Below are positions 39,856 through 48,737 of a stretch of 64,000 bases of DNA, piece after piece. Origin of the DNA: Planctomycetota bacterium (GTDB lineage: Bacteria > Planctomycetota > JAJSAM01 > JAJVHW01); contig CBDFJG010000004.1 of assembly GCA_965248445.1 (NCBI GenBank), positions 1,975,880 to 2,039,879 on the forward strand, given 5' to 3'. Below the pieces are notes generated by a model. The model was not told the origin of the DNA. It ran no database searches and saw only the letters and a list, made by a program, of their open reading frames with translations. The position numbers were made by a program, and so were the translations under genes. Position 1 is the stretch's first letter. Every line of letters starts with the position of its first letter.

Positions 39856-41786
39856 GTCAGGACCAGTTCTTGGACGTGCTGGAGGTGGACGAGGCGCACC
39901 GGCGCATTGCGGCCGCGACGCCCCATCTCTCCCCGCGCGTCGAGATCGTGCCGCTCGCCGAAGCGCTCGGACGCGTGCTGGCCGAAGACGTGCGGTCCGC
40001 CGTGGACGTCCCCGGGTTCGACCGCAGCAACGTGGACGGGTTCGCCGTTCGGGCGAGCGACACCTTCGGAGCCGGCGAACTCCACCCGGTCGTGCTCGCG
40101 GTCGAGGAAGTGCGCATCGCCGCCGGCGCGCCCGCTCCCCGTGTTTTCGCGCTGCGCGCCGGACACGCGGTCTCGATCGCCACCGGTGCGCCCGTGCCCC
40201 GCGGCGCGGACGCGGTCGTGATGATCGAGCACACGCGTCCCGAGGGCAAGCGCCTGCGCATAGAGCGCGCCGCGGCTCCCGGAGCACACGTGACGTTCGC
40301 CGGAACCGATCTCGGGCGCGGGGATCTCGTCCTGCGCCGCGGTGCGTGCCTCACGTCACACGAGACGACCATGCTCGCGGCCGTCGGCGTGTCCGAGCCC
40401 CGCATGTTCCGTGCTCCGCGGGCGGCGATCGTGTCCACGGGTGACGAGATTCGTGTACCCGGCGAAGCGCTGCGCGTGGGCGACGTGTACGACGCCAACG
40501 CCCGCGCCCTCGCGGACGCGGTGCGCGAACTGGGCGGTGTCGCGGTCGAGCGGGGGATCGTGGCTGACGACGACGAGGAGTTGCGTGCCGAACTCGTGGC
40601 GCTCCTCGCCGATGACAAGATCGATCTCGTGATCCTCTCCGGGGGCACGTCGAAGGGCGACGGGGACGTGAACCACCGCGTGGTGGCTCAGCTTGCGAAC
40701 GAGCTTCATGATTCTCCGGGCATCGTCGTCCACGGGGTTGCGCTCAAGCCGGGCAAGCCTGTGCTACTCGCCGTGCTCCTCGGCTGTCCGGTGATCGTGC
40801 TGCCGGGATTTCCGACGTCTGCGGTTTTCACCTTCCATGAGTTCGTGGCGCCACTGCTGCGGCGCATCGGGGGCCGCCCCGACAGCGGCCGCCGATCGGT
40901 GGAAGCCGTCTCGCCGCTGCGCATCCCGTCCGTCGTCGGGCGGGCGCAGTACACGCTCGTGCACCTCGTGCCCGGGGAGAACGGCTACGCGGCGTTCCCG
41001 CTCGGTGCCGGCTCCGGCAGCGTCAGCGCGTTCGCCCGCGCCGACGGCTTCGTGCGCATCCCGACGACTCAGGAGCTGGTGGAAGAGGGCGAGCGGCTGA
41101 CCGTGAGGCTGCTCGGCCCGTCGCCAACGAGCGTCGCGCTGATCACGATCGGGTCGCACTGCATCGGTCTGGACGCGCTGCTCTCTCGTCTCGAGGTGGA
41201 GGGCATCCCGACGAAGTCCGTCGTGGTCGGCAGCAGCGCGGGCCTCGCGGCGCTCGCCCGCGGTGAAGGCGATGTCGCCGGTGTGCACCTGCTGGATCCG
41301 GCGAGCGGTGCGTACAACTCGCCGTTTCTGCCACCTGGTGTGGTGCTGCTCGGCGGCTACGGCCGCAGGCAAGGGGTCGTCTTCCGCCAGGACGACGAGC
41401 GTTTCGCGGGTCTCTATGATCCCGCTGCGGTCGTCGAGCGCGCGAACGCCGCGAGCTGCCGGATGGTCAATCGCAACCGCGGCAGCGGGACGCGCGTCCT
41501 GATCGACGGACTGCTCGGCGGCGTGCGTCCGGAAGGACACCATGCCGAGGCGCGCAGTCACCATGCCGTGGCGGCGGCCGTTGCACAGGGTCGCGCAGAT
41601 TGGGGCGTCACACTCGACGTGCTCGCCGAGGCGAACGGCCTGGGCTTCGCGTTCCTCTGCGAGGAGCGCTTCGACGTCGCAGCCCGCCAGGACCGGCTGG
41701 ACCGCCCGGGCGTCGCTGCGCTCCGCGAGGCGCTCGCGGATGACGCCGTGCGCGCCGAGCTGCGCGCGCTGGGCCTTGTCGCCTGA
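39852..41786 (+). CDS. moeA: MoeA fused to a C-terminal PBP (molybdate/tungstate-binding-like) domain
   Basis: FDRSNVDGFAV, SGGTSKG.GD, KPGKP and LPGFPTS motifs, then GSHC, GS..GL..L.RGE.D.AG.HL and NRNRGSGTR; ATGA overlap with the upstream gene. Confidence 0.9.
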   Translation: MSQDQFLDVLEVDEAHRRIAAATPHLSPRVEIVPLAEALGRVLAEDVRSAVDVPGFDRSNVDGFAVRASDTFGAGELHPVVLAVEEVRIAAGAPAPRVFALRAGHAVSIATGAPVPRGADAVVMIEHTRPEGKRLRIERAAAPGAHVTFAGTDLGRGDLVLRRGACLTSHETTMLAAVGVSEPRMFRAPRAAIVSTGDEIRVPGEALRVGDVYDANARALADAVRELGGVAVERGIVADDDEELRAELVALLADDKIDLVILSGGTSKGDGDVNHRVVAQLANELHDSPGIVVHGVALKPGKPVLLAVLLGCPVIVLPGFPTSAVFTFHEFVAPLLRRIGGRPDSGRRSVEAVSPLRIPSVVGRAQYTLVHLVPGENGYAAFPLGAGSGSVSAFARADGFVRIPTTQELVEEGERLTVRLLGPSPTSVALITIGSHCIGLDALLSRLEVEGIPTKSVVVGSSAGLAALARGEGDVAGVHLLDPASGAYNSPFLPPGVVLLGGYGRRQGVVFRQDDERFAGLYDPAAVVERANAASCRMVNRNRGSGTRVLIDGLLGGVRPEGHHAEARSHHAVAAAVAQGRADWGVTLDVLAEANGLGFAFLCEERFDVAARQDRLDRPGVAALREALADDAVRAELRALGLVA

Positions 41787-41826
41787 CAGCACTCGTGCAG
41801 GCATGGACGCGATCGCACAACGGCGA

Positions 41827-42282
41827 TCAGGCCGGGACGAGTCCCTCCGCCGACAGCATGCTGTCGATGCGTCCGCCCACCCGTGACCGGAGTTCGTCCA
41901 TGAACTCGTGCGTCACGAACTGCGGCAGCTGAATCTGTGGATGGGGGATGTGTGATTCGCCCGGTAGCGCGTAATCGTCGTCCGTGAACCCCTGCCTGCG
42001 TTCGAGCAGCATGCCACGGAGGAACGCTCGCCTCACGACGCCGCGGAGGTCGTCATCCGTGACGTCGAGGCCCGTGATCGCGCGTACCGCGGCCGTCATG
42101 CTGCCGTCGTCGAGCCCCGCGAACTTGCACCCGCCGAGCACGTCGTCGCGCAGCGTCTGCCACCCGCGGCCGGCGATGGCCTCGGTCCAGTAGTCCAGCC
42201 CGGTTTCCCGTTCGAAGACGAGCAGGAGGTAGGTCCGCATGGACATGTGGCCGCCGGCCAGGGCCCAGGGGTAGCCGGGGTA
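41827..42282 (-). pseudogene. C-terminal fragment of an aldehyde:ferredoxin oxidoreductase-family (W/Mo) enzyme
   Basis: YPWALAGGH, D.LGGCKF and ERRQGFT.DDY.LP resemble the AFOR C-terminal domain; cut by the IS1595 end; adjacent to the moeA genes. Confidence 0.65.
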
Positions 42283-43372
42283 GGGGCTCCCCCCTTCGCT
42301 CAGGTTGAGCGCCCGATCGGGTGACTAACATCGCACTTACAAGGAGGTGTGATGACCGGTGCCATGATCCCCTTTGCGCGCGACGACTCGCTGCCGGGCA
42401 CACTCGCCGAGTTTGTCGTGAGGTTCTCCGACGAAGATCGGTGTGCAGCCCTGCTGCGCCGGTGGAAGTACGGCGAGGGCGGCTTCCGCTGTCCAGCGTG
42501 CGGCGGCGAGGAGGCGTGGTTCCTGCCGTCACGCCGGCTCGACGAGTGTTGTGCCTGCCACAAGCAGGTTTCGCTCACCGCCGGCACCGTCATGCACGGG
42601 TCTCGCAAGCCGCTACGGCTGTGGTTCCTGGCCATGTATCTGTTCGTGTCGAGCAAGCGAGGCATCTCCGCACTCGAGCTGCAGCGCGAGCTTGGACTGG
42701 CCAAGTACCAGACCGCTTGGACATGGCTGCACAAGTTGCGAAACGCCATCGCGATGCGATCCACCGCGCCGCTGCGCGGACACCTCGAGATCGACGAGAC
42801 CTGGGAAGGCGGACTGCGACATGGCCGGCCGGGGCGTCCCAAGGTCGGCGACCGCAGCGCGCTGGTCATGGGAGCCGTCGAGATCTCACCGCGTCACGCC
42901 CTCATCGGTCGCATCCGTCTCGAATCCATCGCCGATGGTTCGGCTGACACGGTCAAGGCGTTCCTCGAGCAGCACGTCGCCGCACGCTCAGTGCTGTTCA
43001 CCGACGACTGGCGTAGCTATCGAAAGCCGGCTGACGACTTGGAGCACGACCATCGACCGACCAACGTGTCGAAGTCCGACGACGAGGCACACGTTGTGCT
43101 ACCTGCGATCCACCGCGTCTTCTCGCTGCTCCATCGCGTGCTCTTGGGCACGTTCCAGGGCGGCGTGCGACGCAAGTACCTCCCCAGCTACCTGGCGGAG
43201 TTCGAGTTCCGGTTCAACCGACGCACATCGAAGCGACGTGGACTGCTGTTCCAACGACTACTCGCCTGCGCCGTGCGGCGATGCCCTCCCTTCCACTGGG
43301 AGATCGTTGGGCGAACCGATGCGCGCACGCCACTCGCCGCCGCAGCCTGACCTGAGTGAAGAGGGGATCCCC
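42283..43372 (+). mobile_element. IS1595-family insertion sequence
   Basis: IRs GGGGCTCCCCCCTTCGCTCAGGT and (reverse complement) GGGGATCCCCTCTTCACTCAGGT; the flanks show no target duplication. Confidence 0.9.
42352..43350 (+). CDS. IS1595-family transposase
   Basis: CPAC...C.AC zinc ribbon, SLTAGT, GISA.ELQR.LG, EIDET, TDDW..Y and YL.EF.FRFNRR motifs. Confidence 0.93.
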   Translation: MTGAMIPFARDDSLPGTLAEFVVRFSDEDRCAALLRRWKYGEGGFRCPACGGEEAWFLPSRRLDECCACHKQVSLTAGTVMHGSRKPLRLWFLAMYLFVSSKRGISALELQRELGLAKYQTAWTWLHKLRNAIAMRSTAPLRGHLEIDETWEGGLRHGRPGRPKVGDRSALVMGAVEISPRHALIGRIRLESIADGSADTVKAFLEQHVAARSVLFTDDWRSYRKPADDLEHDHRPTNVSKSDDEAHVVLPAIHRVFSLLHRVLLGTFQGGVRRKYLPSYLAEFEFRFNRRTSKRRGLLFQRLLACAVRRCPPFHWEIVGRTDARTPLAAAA

Positions 43373-43402
43373 TGTGCGGGCTAGGGGGCAGGGTGGAGCC
43401 TC

Positions 43403-43431
43403 TTGACATCGATCGGCAACGGACATACTCT
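43403..43431 (+). promoter_or_regulatory. Sigma70-type promoter of the Cys-repeat gene
   Basis: TTGACA (43403-43408), 17-bp spacer, TACTCT (43426-43431); RBS AGGAGG before ATG 43465. Confidence 0.65.
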
Positions 43432-43464
43432 CGTCTCTCGTCGAATGGCATGCAGGAGGCGTTC

Positions 43465-44874
43465 ATGAGCAAGCGTGTATCGGTGTCGGTCGTTCTTGTA
43501 GTGCTCGGCGCGCTGGTGTGGTGTGCGCAGCCCGCCACGTCTTCTGCCGCGGAGCGCGAAACAGAGCCGCGGATCAGCACAACTGAGACTCCAGTGGAGA
43601 CCGCGCGAGCCGAGTCGCCGCTGTTTCGGTACACGTCGATGGCGGCATCGCGCGCCCAACACCGAGCCGGTGTAGATGTCTCCGCCGAAGGATTCGGCGC
43701 ACTCGACATCGAAGAGTGCGTTGACTGCCCGCTACCGCGAATCATCGTCCGCTCGCCGAGAGAGCCTGACACGTCGACGGAACTCGACGCTGGACGCGAT
43801 CCGTGGGGCAGCGCCAGCGGTTCGGTCTGCGGTTACACGATCAACAACCCGGTGTCGTGCGCTGAGTTGATGGCACAGCTCTACCAGGTCGCCGGCTCAG
43901 GCGGCTGGCTCCCGACGACCGGAGGGGAGGGCTGCGCCATTACAGCCGATGCGTCGTGTGCCACGAGCGGTGTCGACTGCTGGACAGAGGACACGGAGGC
44001 GGACGACTGCAGCGTGCAGTACTACTGCACGAACTCGAGTGAGTGCACGACGGACGGTGACTGCAGCGAGGGCGATGCATGCACGAGCGGGCAGTCCTGT
44101 TCCGAGGAGGAGGGGTGTACGCGCGGAGGCAACTGTACGGAGGGACAGTACTGCTCGGCCGGCGATAAATGCACCGCCAACGCCAAGTGCAGCCAGCACG
44201 AGTCATCGTCGGACGACGAATGCACCGAGGGCCCGCACTGCAGCGAGGGCGACAAGTGCACGGCCGGAACTCACTGCTCCGACGCGGACGAGTGCACGAA
44301 GGAAGGCAACTGCTCGTACGGCACAGATTGCACGACCGGTAACGATTGCACGAAAGACTCCGACTGCTCCGACAACTCGTACTGCACCCACGGCGGGAAC
44401 TGCTCGGATGGCGCAAACTGCACCGAGGGCAACAACTGCACGACCGGAGGTGGTTGCTCCGCGGGCACGAAGTGCACAGCACACGGGTCTTGCTCGATCA
44501 ACGTCGCATGCACGAGCGGCGACGTCTGCTCGTCTGCCGACGGCTGCACAGCCTCATACGTTTGCTCGTCTGCCCCAGACTGCACATCAACTATCTCGTG
44601 CTCGAAGGGCAAGTACTGTACGTCCGGATCTCATCTCTGCTCAGACGATCCCAGCTGCACTCAACATCCTGGATGCGAGGATGACGACGAGGAGCCGCCG
44701 CCGGGCTTCGTGATGCTGGATCTACTCGCGCCGTTCGGCGTCGGCGAGCACGCCAAGACGATGGCTTCGATGCTCGGACTTCTTCTAATCGGTCTCCTCA
44801 GCGGCAGTCTGATGCAGCGGAAGACCGGAGACGCGTCAATCGCGCAGCCGGACCGAGCCGACCACGGCGCGTGA
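43465..44874 (+). CDS. Secreted, C-terminally membrane-anchored Cys-rich hexapeptide-repeat protein (469 aa)
   Basis: Signal peptide MSKRVSVSVVLVVLGALVW; 36 C-[S/T] units; acidic/Pro linker, TM helix MASMLGLLLIGLLSGSLM and basic QRK tail. Confidence 0.88.
   Translation: MSKRVSVSVVLVVLGALVWCAQPATSSAAERETEPRISTTETPVETARAESPLFRYTSMAASRAQHRAGVDVSAEGFGALDIEECVDCPLPRIIVRSPREPDTSTELDAGRDPWGSASGSVCGYTINNPVSCAELMAQLYQVAGSGGWLPTTGGEGCAITADASCATSGVDCWTEDTEADDCSVQYYCTNSSECTTDGDCSEGDACTSGQSCSEEEGCTRGGNCTEGQYCSAGDKCTANAKCSQHESSSDDECTEGPHCSEGDKCTAGTHCSDADECTKEGNCSYGTDCTTGNDCTKDSDCSDNSYCTHGGNCSDGANCTEGNNCTTGGGCSAGTKCTAHGSCSINVACTSGDVCSSADGCTASYVCSSAPDCTSTISCSKGKYCTSGSHLCSDDPSCTQHPGCEDDDEEPPPGFVMLDLLAPFGVGEHAKTMASMLGLLLIGLLSGSLMQRKTGDASIAQPDRADHGA
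44008..44676 (+). repeat. Coding repeat (C-[S/T]-x-x-x-x)n: 37 Cys in 223 aa
   Basis: Counted from CSVQYY to CTQHPG-C: 34 hexamers, one 11-mer and one 7-mer. DNA units are diverged, so this is not recent slippage. Confidence 0.95.
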
Positions 44875-45054
44875 CGGCGGTTGCGCGACGCTGCGGGCCC
44901 CGTGGGCCGTGATTCACGAGTGACGCGCGCGGCGCCTTGACGCTCCGTGGCGATCACTTCTCTCCCAGTGGCGCTCTCGTCACTACCGGCGGCGGATGGT
45001 CCGATGTTCCGAGACAGCGAGCGCTCGACCGAGAGCACGCCTGGGGAGGGAGTG

Positions 45055-46626
45055 ATGGGCAGTCGATGCAGGAGCGCCGCAGTCGCGATGGGCGTCGCCG
45101 CGGTTGCAGCGGTGACCGCCTGCGGCAGTACGATTGGCCGGACTCCACAATCCTCGGGCGACGCGGTTTCCGCCCCTCCCCGGCGCCACGCAGCACCGGA
45201 CTCGCACGACACCTCCATCGGTTCCAACGTGCAACGCACAGCCGGAGTGGAACCGCCGGGAACAGAGCAGTCGCGCGGACTGCCGGTCGAGGGGACTGCT
45301 GCGCCGCGCTCGACGTTGGATGAGCCCCGTGGCATCTCGGGTGAGCTGCCGAGATCGGCAGCGGACTACCTTCGTGTAACCGGGGTCCCGCTGTCCCGCT
45401 GGAGCTTCCTTGCGAGCAAGGACGCGAGCCTCGTGTTCCCTGCGCTCTCGGCTCCGAGCGCGGTCGTAGCCCTCGGCGAGGCGACCCATGGTTCGCGCGA
45501 GTTTGTCCGCATACGACTCGAGCTCACGCGCGAACTGGTGGACACATTCGCATTTGAGATTCTCGCCCTGGAGGCAGCGCATGGCGAGTGCCGAGCGATC
45601 GACAGGCTCCTGTCCGCGTCCAACCAAGTCGCCGACACGGAGCGCCAGATCGAGCTGGCCCTGGGCGAAGTTCGCTCGCCGCTACAGCGCACCGAGGCCC
45701 TGCGAGAGGTGTTCCGGTGGATCGCCGAGCGGAACGCGACCATCGGGGAGGAGCCGCGGATCCGCGTCATTGGTATTGACCTTGGATTCAGCACCCAGCA
45801 GGTCTCTGAACTCCGCACTCTTCTCCGGGGGCTGGGCTCCGAGCGCGCCAGGACTCTCGCCGACAAGATCGCAGATACGCAGCCGTCATCGCTCCGCGGC
45901 GCCACGCCGGCGAGTCTCCGCAGCTGGGTCAAACTGGTCCGCGACGCGGAGTCGGTTCTCGACGACAATCGCGACCACCCGCGCATGAAGAGACTGGACG
46001 AGACGTGGGACCTGGTGCGACACGTGCCCCGGCTCATTCGCCAGACAGTGGAGTTCGCACTCGCGCGCTCAGCGCGCCGCGCCACCCAAGTGCGCGACAT
46101 GGCGATGGCGGAGTCTCTGATCGCCTTTGCCGGTGACGCGCGGCGGCCGCGCCGGGTTGTGGCGTGGCTTCACGACCTCCATGTGCGGCGATACGAGTCG
46201 CCGGATGGCCGAAAGGCGTGCGGTCAGCTGCTCCATGACACGCTCGGGAACCGCTACGTGCCGATTGGAACGACGTTCTCGAGGGGCAGCACCCTCGCAC
46301 GCGACGGTCACTCCCCGACGCACTCCATTGCTGAGTTCGTACTTGGCGACGCGAAGCCCGGATCCGTCGAGGCTCTGCTAGAGGCCGCGACATCTGGGAC
46401 GCCGACCGTGTTCGATGTTCGGCACAGCGCTCATCGGGAGTACACGCGTGCGACCGAGCGGGCTCTTCTTCGCACCTACCAACGCCGCGCGATCGGCATC
46501 GTCATCGACTCGGAGCGCGTTGCGCGGTGGGTCACCGTGTGCCCGCAAGCGGAGTACGACCTGATCGTCCATGTTCCCCAGGTCACAGCCGCCACGCCGC
46601 TGCAGCAGTCAGATTCTGATCGATGA
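45055..46626 (+). CDS. Erythromycin esterase-family lipoprotein
   Basis: VTAC lipobox; VVALGEATHGSREF, LALEA, GID, RD.AMAE, WLHDLH, G..L...LG.RY..IG and YD...H motifs. Confidence 0.85.
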   Translation: MGSRCRSAAVAMGVAAVAAVTACGSTIGRTPQSSGDAVSAPPRRHAAPDSHDTSIGSNVQRTAGVEPPGTEQSRGLPVEGTAAPRSTLDEPRGISGELPRSAADYLRVTGVPLSRWSFLASKDASLVFPALSAPSAVVALGEATHGSREFVRIRLELTRELVDTFAFEILALEAAHGECRAIDRLLSASNQVADTERQIELALGEVRSPLQRTEALREVFRWIAERNATIGEEPRIRVIGIDLGFSTQQVSELRTLLRGLGSERARTLADKIADTQPSSLRGATPASLRSWVKLVRDAESVLDDNRDHPRMKRLDETWDLVRHVPRLIRQTVEFALARSARRATQVRDMAMAESLIAFAGDARRPRRVVAWLHDLHVRRYESPDGRKACGQLLHDTLGNRYVPIGTTFSRGSTLARDGHSPTHSIAEFVLGDAKPGSVEALLEAATSGTPTVFDVRHSAHREYTRATERALLRTYQRRAIGIVIDSERVARWVTVCPQAEYDLIVHVPQVTAATPLQQSDSDR

Positions 46627-48737
46627 CCGGTCGCCGTACGTTGGTGTCAGTCATTCCATCTGGGCTGATCGTCGTGTTAGCGATAGCCGCGATGGCCTCG
46701 ATTCCTCCAACCGGCGGCGCGCCCGCAGGCGGTCCGCGCGCGTCAGATGTGGCGCAGCCTCCTCAGATTCTGTCGATAGTGCCGGACGTCGCACTAAACG
46801 CGTTTTCAGCCGGTGACGCCAGGGACGGGTTGCTTGTTGAGATACTCTCGCTGGAGACGCTCCTGGGAAACAAGCTGGACGTGCTCGACCTCGTCGATGA
46901 CTGGGGGGCGCGCGAGTCGATCGACCTCGACGACCTCTTGAGCCTCCTGGACCCTGACGAGCGCGTCAGCCTCCTCGACGCCAGGGAGTATGTAGATACC
47001 GCCGTCCTGCTGGGAGCGGTCCGCCATCACAGTGTCCGGCGCGTCGTCGAGCGCCTGCGCTCCGGGAGAGGCGACGGTGGGCTCTCGCCCACCGTCGAGG
47101 ACTGGCTTGCCAGGCACGGCAACATCCTCGACCTGCTCAGCTCCCTCGACCGGAATGGTCCAACGCGAATCTCGCTTGCCTCTCATGGCGAGCGACCGAC
47201 GGACAGTGATCTGCTCATCATCCGAGAGCAGTTGGATGCTCGGACGGCGGGGGGCGTGTCCGAAGCGGACTCGCGCGTGCTCTTCAGGCTTGCCATTCTC
47301 GCGCGCTGGGGCGATGAGGAGAGCCTGGCGCGACTCTCACGAGGGTTGGCTGCGGCGACACTGCAGGAACTCGTCGCTCTCAGCGACGAGGGCGCAGAGC
47401 GAGGCCCGCTCCTCTCGGTTTTTCGACTCTCGCGAGGCCCCGCTCTGGCCCTCAGCGTCCTCCGAACGGATCAGATTGAACTCCTCATACGAGGAGTTCG
47501 GGAGTCCGATCCCGGCACCCACCGCGACGTTCTCATGGCCACCTGCCTGATTGCCGCCGGATCGCCCTCCCGCGAGGCGTCGCCGTCGCTGATGAGTCTG
47601 TGCATGCGACATCTGGAAGCGCCAACGCTTGTGAGGGTGCCGGCAGCGCTTGCCGTGATGAGTCAGGGATTCGTGGCAGATGCAGGATCGACGCGGGACG
47701 CGGCTGTTGCGCTCGTCAACGAGCACGTGCGAACCAGCGGGGAGATCGAGTTGCTCACCTCGCTCCTTCCGCGCTGCCGAGCCATCTTCTACTTGATAGC
47801 GGTGTTGGAGCGCGAACGCGCCGCCGACGGCGCCGGCGACGCCGCATGGAGAACGATGACGCTCGAGATCCTCGGCCGGTGGCTCGAGGAGGAGTTCATG
47901 TCGAGCCCCACGGCGGCGGTGTTCCGACGGCGCCCGGACGCCGATCGGTTGCGACGACATCTGCAGAAGCTCGACCGCGCCGACGCCGCGCTCGACGTAC
48001 GGATCGCGCTGACCGCCGGTCTTCTCTACGCGACCTCGATCGGCACGGAGGGCGCCCCGCGGCACAAGGACGCCGTCCTTGAGCTCTACGAAGACACGGA
48101 CCTCGCCGAGGCGAAGTACGACGACATTTGGCTGTTTCGGTCGATACCACGCCTGCTCCTACCGTTCGAGCTCGCGGACGACGGCGTCAGCCATGTCGCG
48201 CGTCGATTTCAGGACCGCAACCTCATGGTGATGCGGTTCGAGCCGCTGCTCGTGGCCCTGATTGCCCACGGAGCACGCCATGGTCACCACGAGGTCCGCG
48301 CGCTGCAGTTGTCGTACGAGCGCTTCGCGCTCTCGCACCCGAGTCCGCCGCAGCGCGCTTGGTCCGCCTCGCTGGCGATCCGGAGTAGCGCGGGGCGAGA
48401 CGAGGTCGTCCGAACGACCACGCTTCTCGCTCGGCGGGGGGACGTCGAGGCGCTCGCGGCAGCGCTCAGAGCAGCTCGCGACGTCGCCATCGTTCGGAAC
48501 GACTACTCGGCCGCGGACCTGGTTGCCTGCCTGAGGGTCTTGTTCTCCGCGTGCGAGCCCACCACCCCAATGGCGCCCCTCTTCGAGAGCGTCGAAGACT
48601 TTGCGGGTGTCGGTGACGACGCGTTTCGCGACGCTGTCGCCACCGGGCTGGCCCAACTCTCGGAGCAGGTTCACTGGCGGGGCAAACTAGCGTCGGTTGC
48701 CGCGAAGTTCCGTACGCCCGGCGGTGAGGAGCAATAG
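46623..48737 (+). CDS. Hypothetical exported alpha-helical (HEAT/ARM-like) protein
   Basis: N-terminal TM/signal; Leu/Ala/Arg-rich; ATGA coupling to the upstream gene and TAG/GTG overlap with the downstream gene. Confidence 0.65.
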   Translation: MTGRRTLVSVIPSGLIVVLAIAAMASIPPTGGAPAGGPRASDVAQPPQILSIVPDVALNAFSAGDARDGLLVEILSLETLLGNKLDVLDLVDDWGARESIDLDDLLSLLDPDERVSLLDAREYVDTAVLLGAVRHHSVRRVVERLRSGRGDGGLSPTVEDWLARHGNILDLLSSLDRNGPTRISLASHGERPTDSDLLIIREQLDARTAGGVSEADSRVLFRLAILARWGDEESLARLSRGLAAATLQELVALSDEGAERGPLLSVFRLSRGPALALSVLRTDQIELLIRGVRESDPGTHRDVLMATCLIAAGSPSREASPSLMSLCMRHLEAPTLVRVPAALAVMSQGFVADAGSTRDAAVALVNEHVRTSGEIELLTSLLPRCRAIFYLIAVLERERAADGAGDAAWRTMTLEILGRWLEEEFMSSPTAAVFRRRPDADRLRRHLQKLDRADAALDVRIALTAGLLYATSIGTEGAPRHKDAVLELYEDTDLAEAKYDDIWLFRSIPRLLLPFELADDGVSHVARRFQDRNLMVMRFEPLLVALIAHGARHGHHEVRALQLSYERFALSHPSPPQRAWSASLAIRSSAGRDEVVRTTTLLARRGDVEALAAALRAARDVAIVRNDYSAADLVACLRVLFSACEPTTPMAPLFESVEDFAGVGDDAFRDAVATGLAQLSEQVHWRGKLASVAAKFRTPGGEEQ

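Noticed and set aside
44008..44676. CRISPR array or DNA-level tandem repeat
   Set aside because: The periodicity is 18 bp at codon level with diverged units; there are no identical repeats with unique spacers and no cas genes.
43465..44874. Cys/Ser/Thr-rich protein as a RiPP precursor (thiazole/oxazole, lanthipeptide or ranthipeptide)
   Set aside because: No YcaO, LanB/C/M or radical SAM gene in the window, and the protein has a Sec-type signal and a C-terminal TM anchor. Not fully excluded, because upstream genes may have been lost at the IS.
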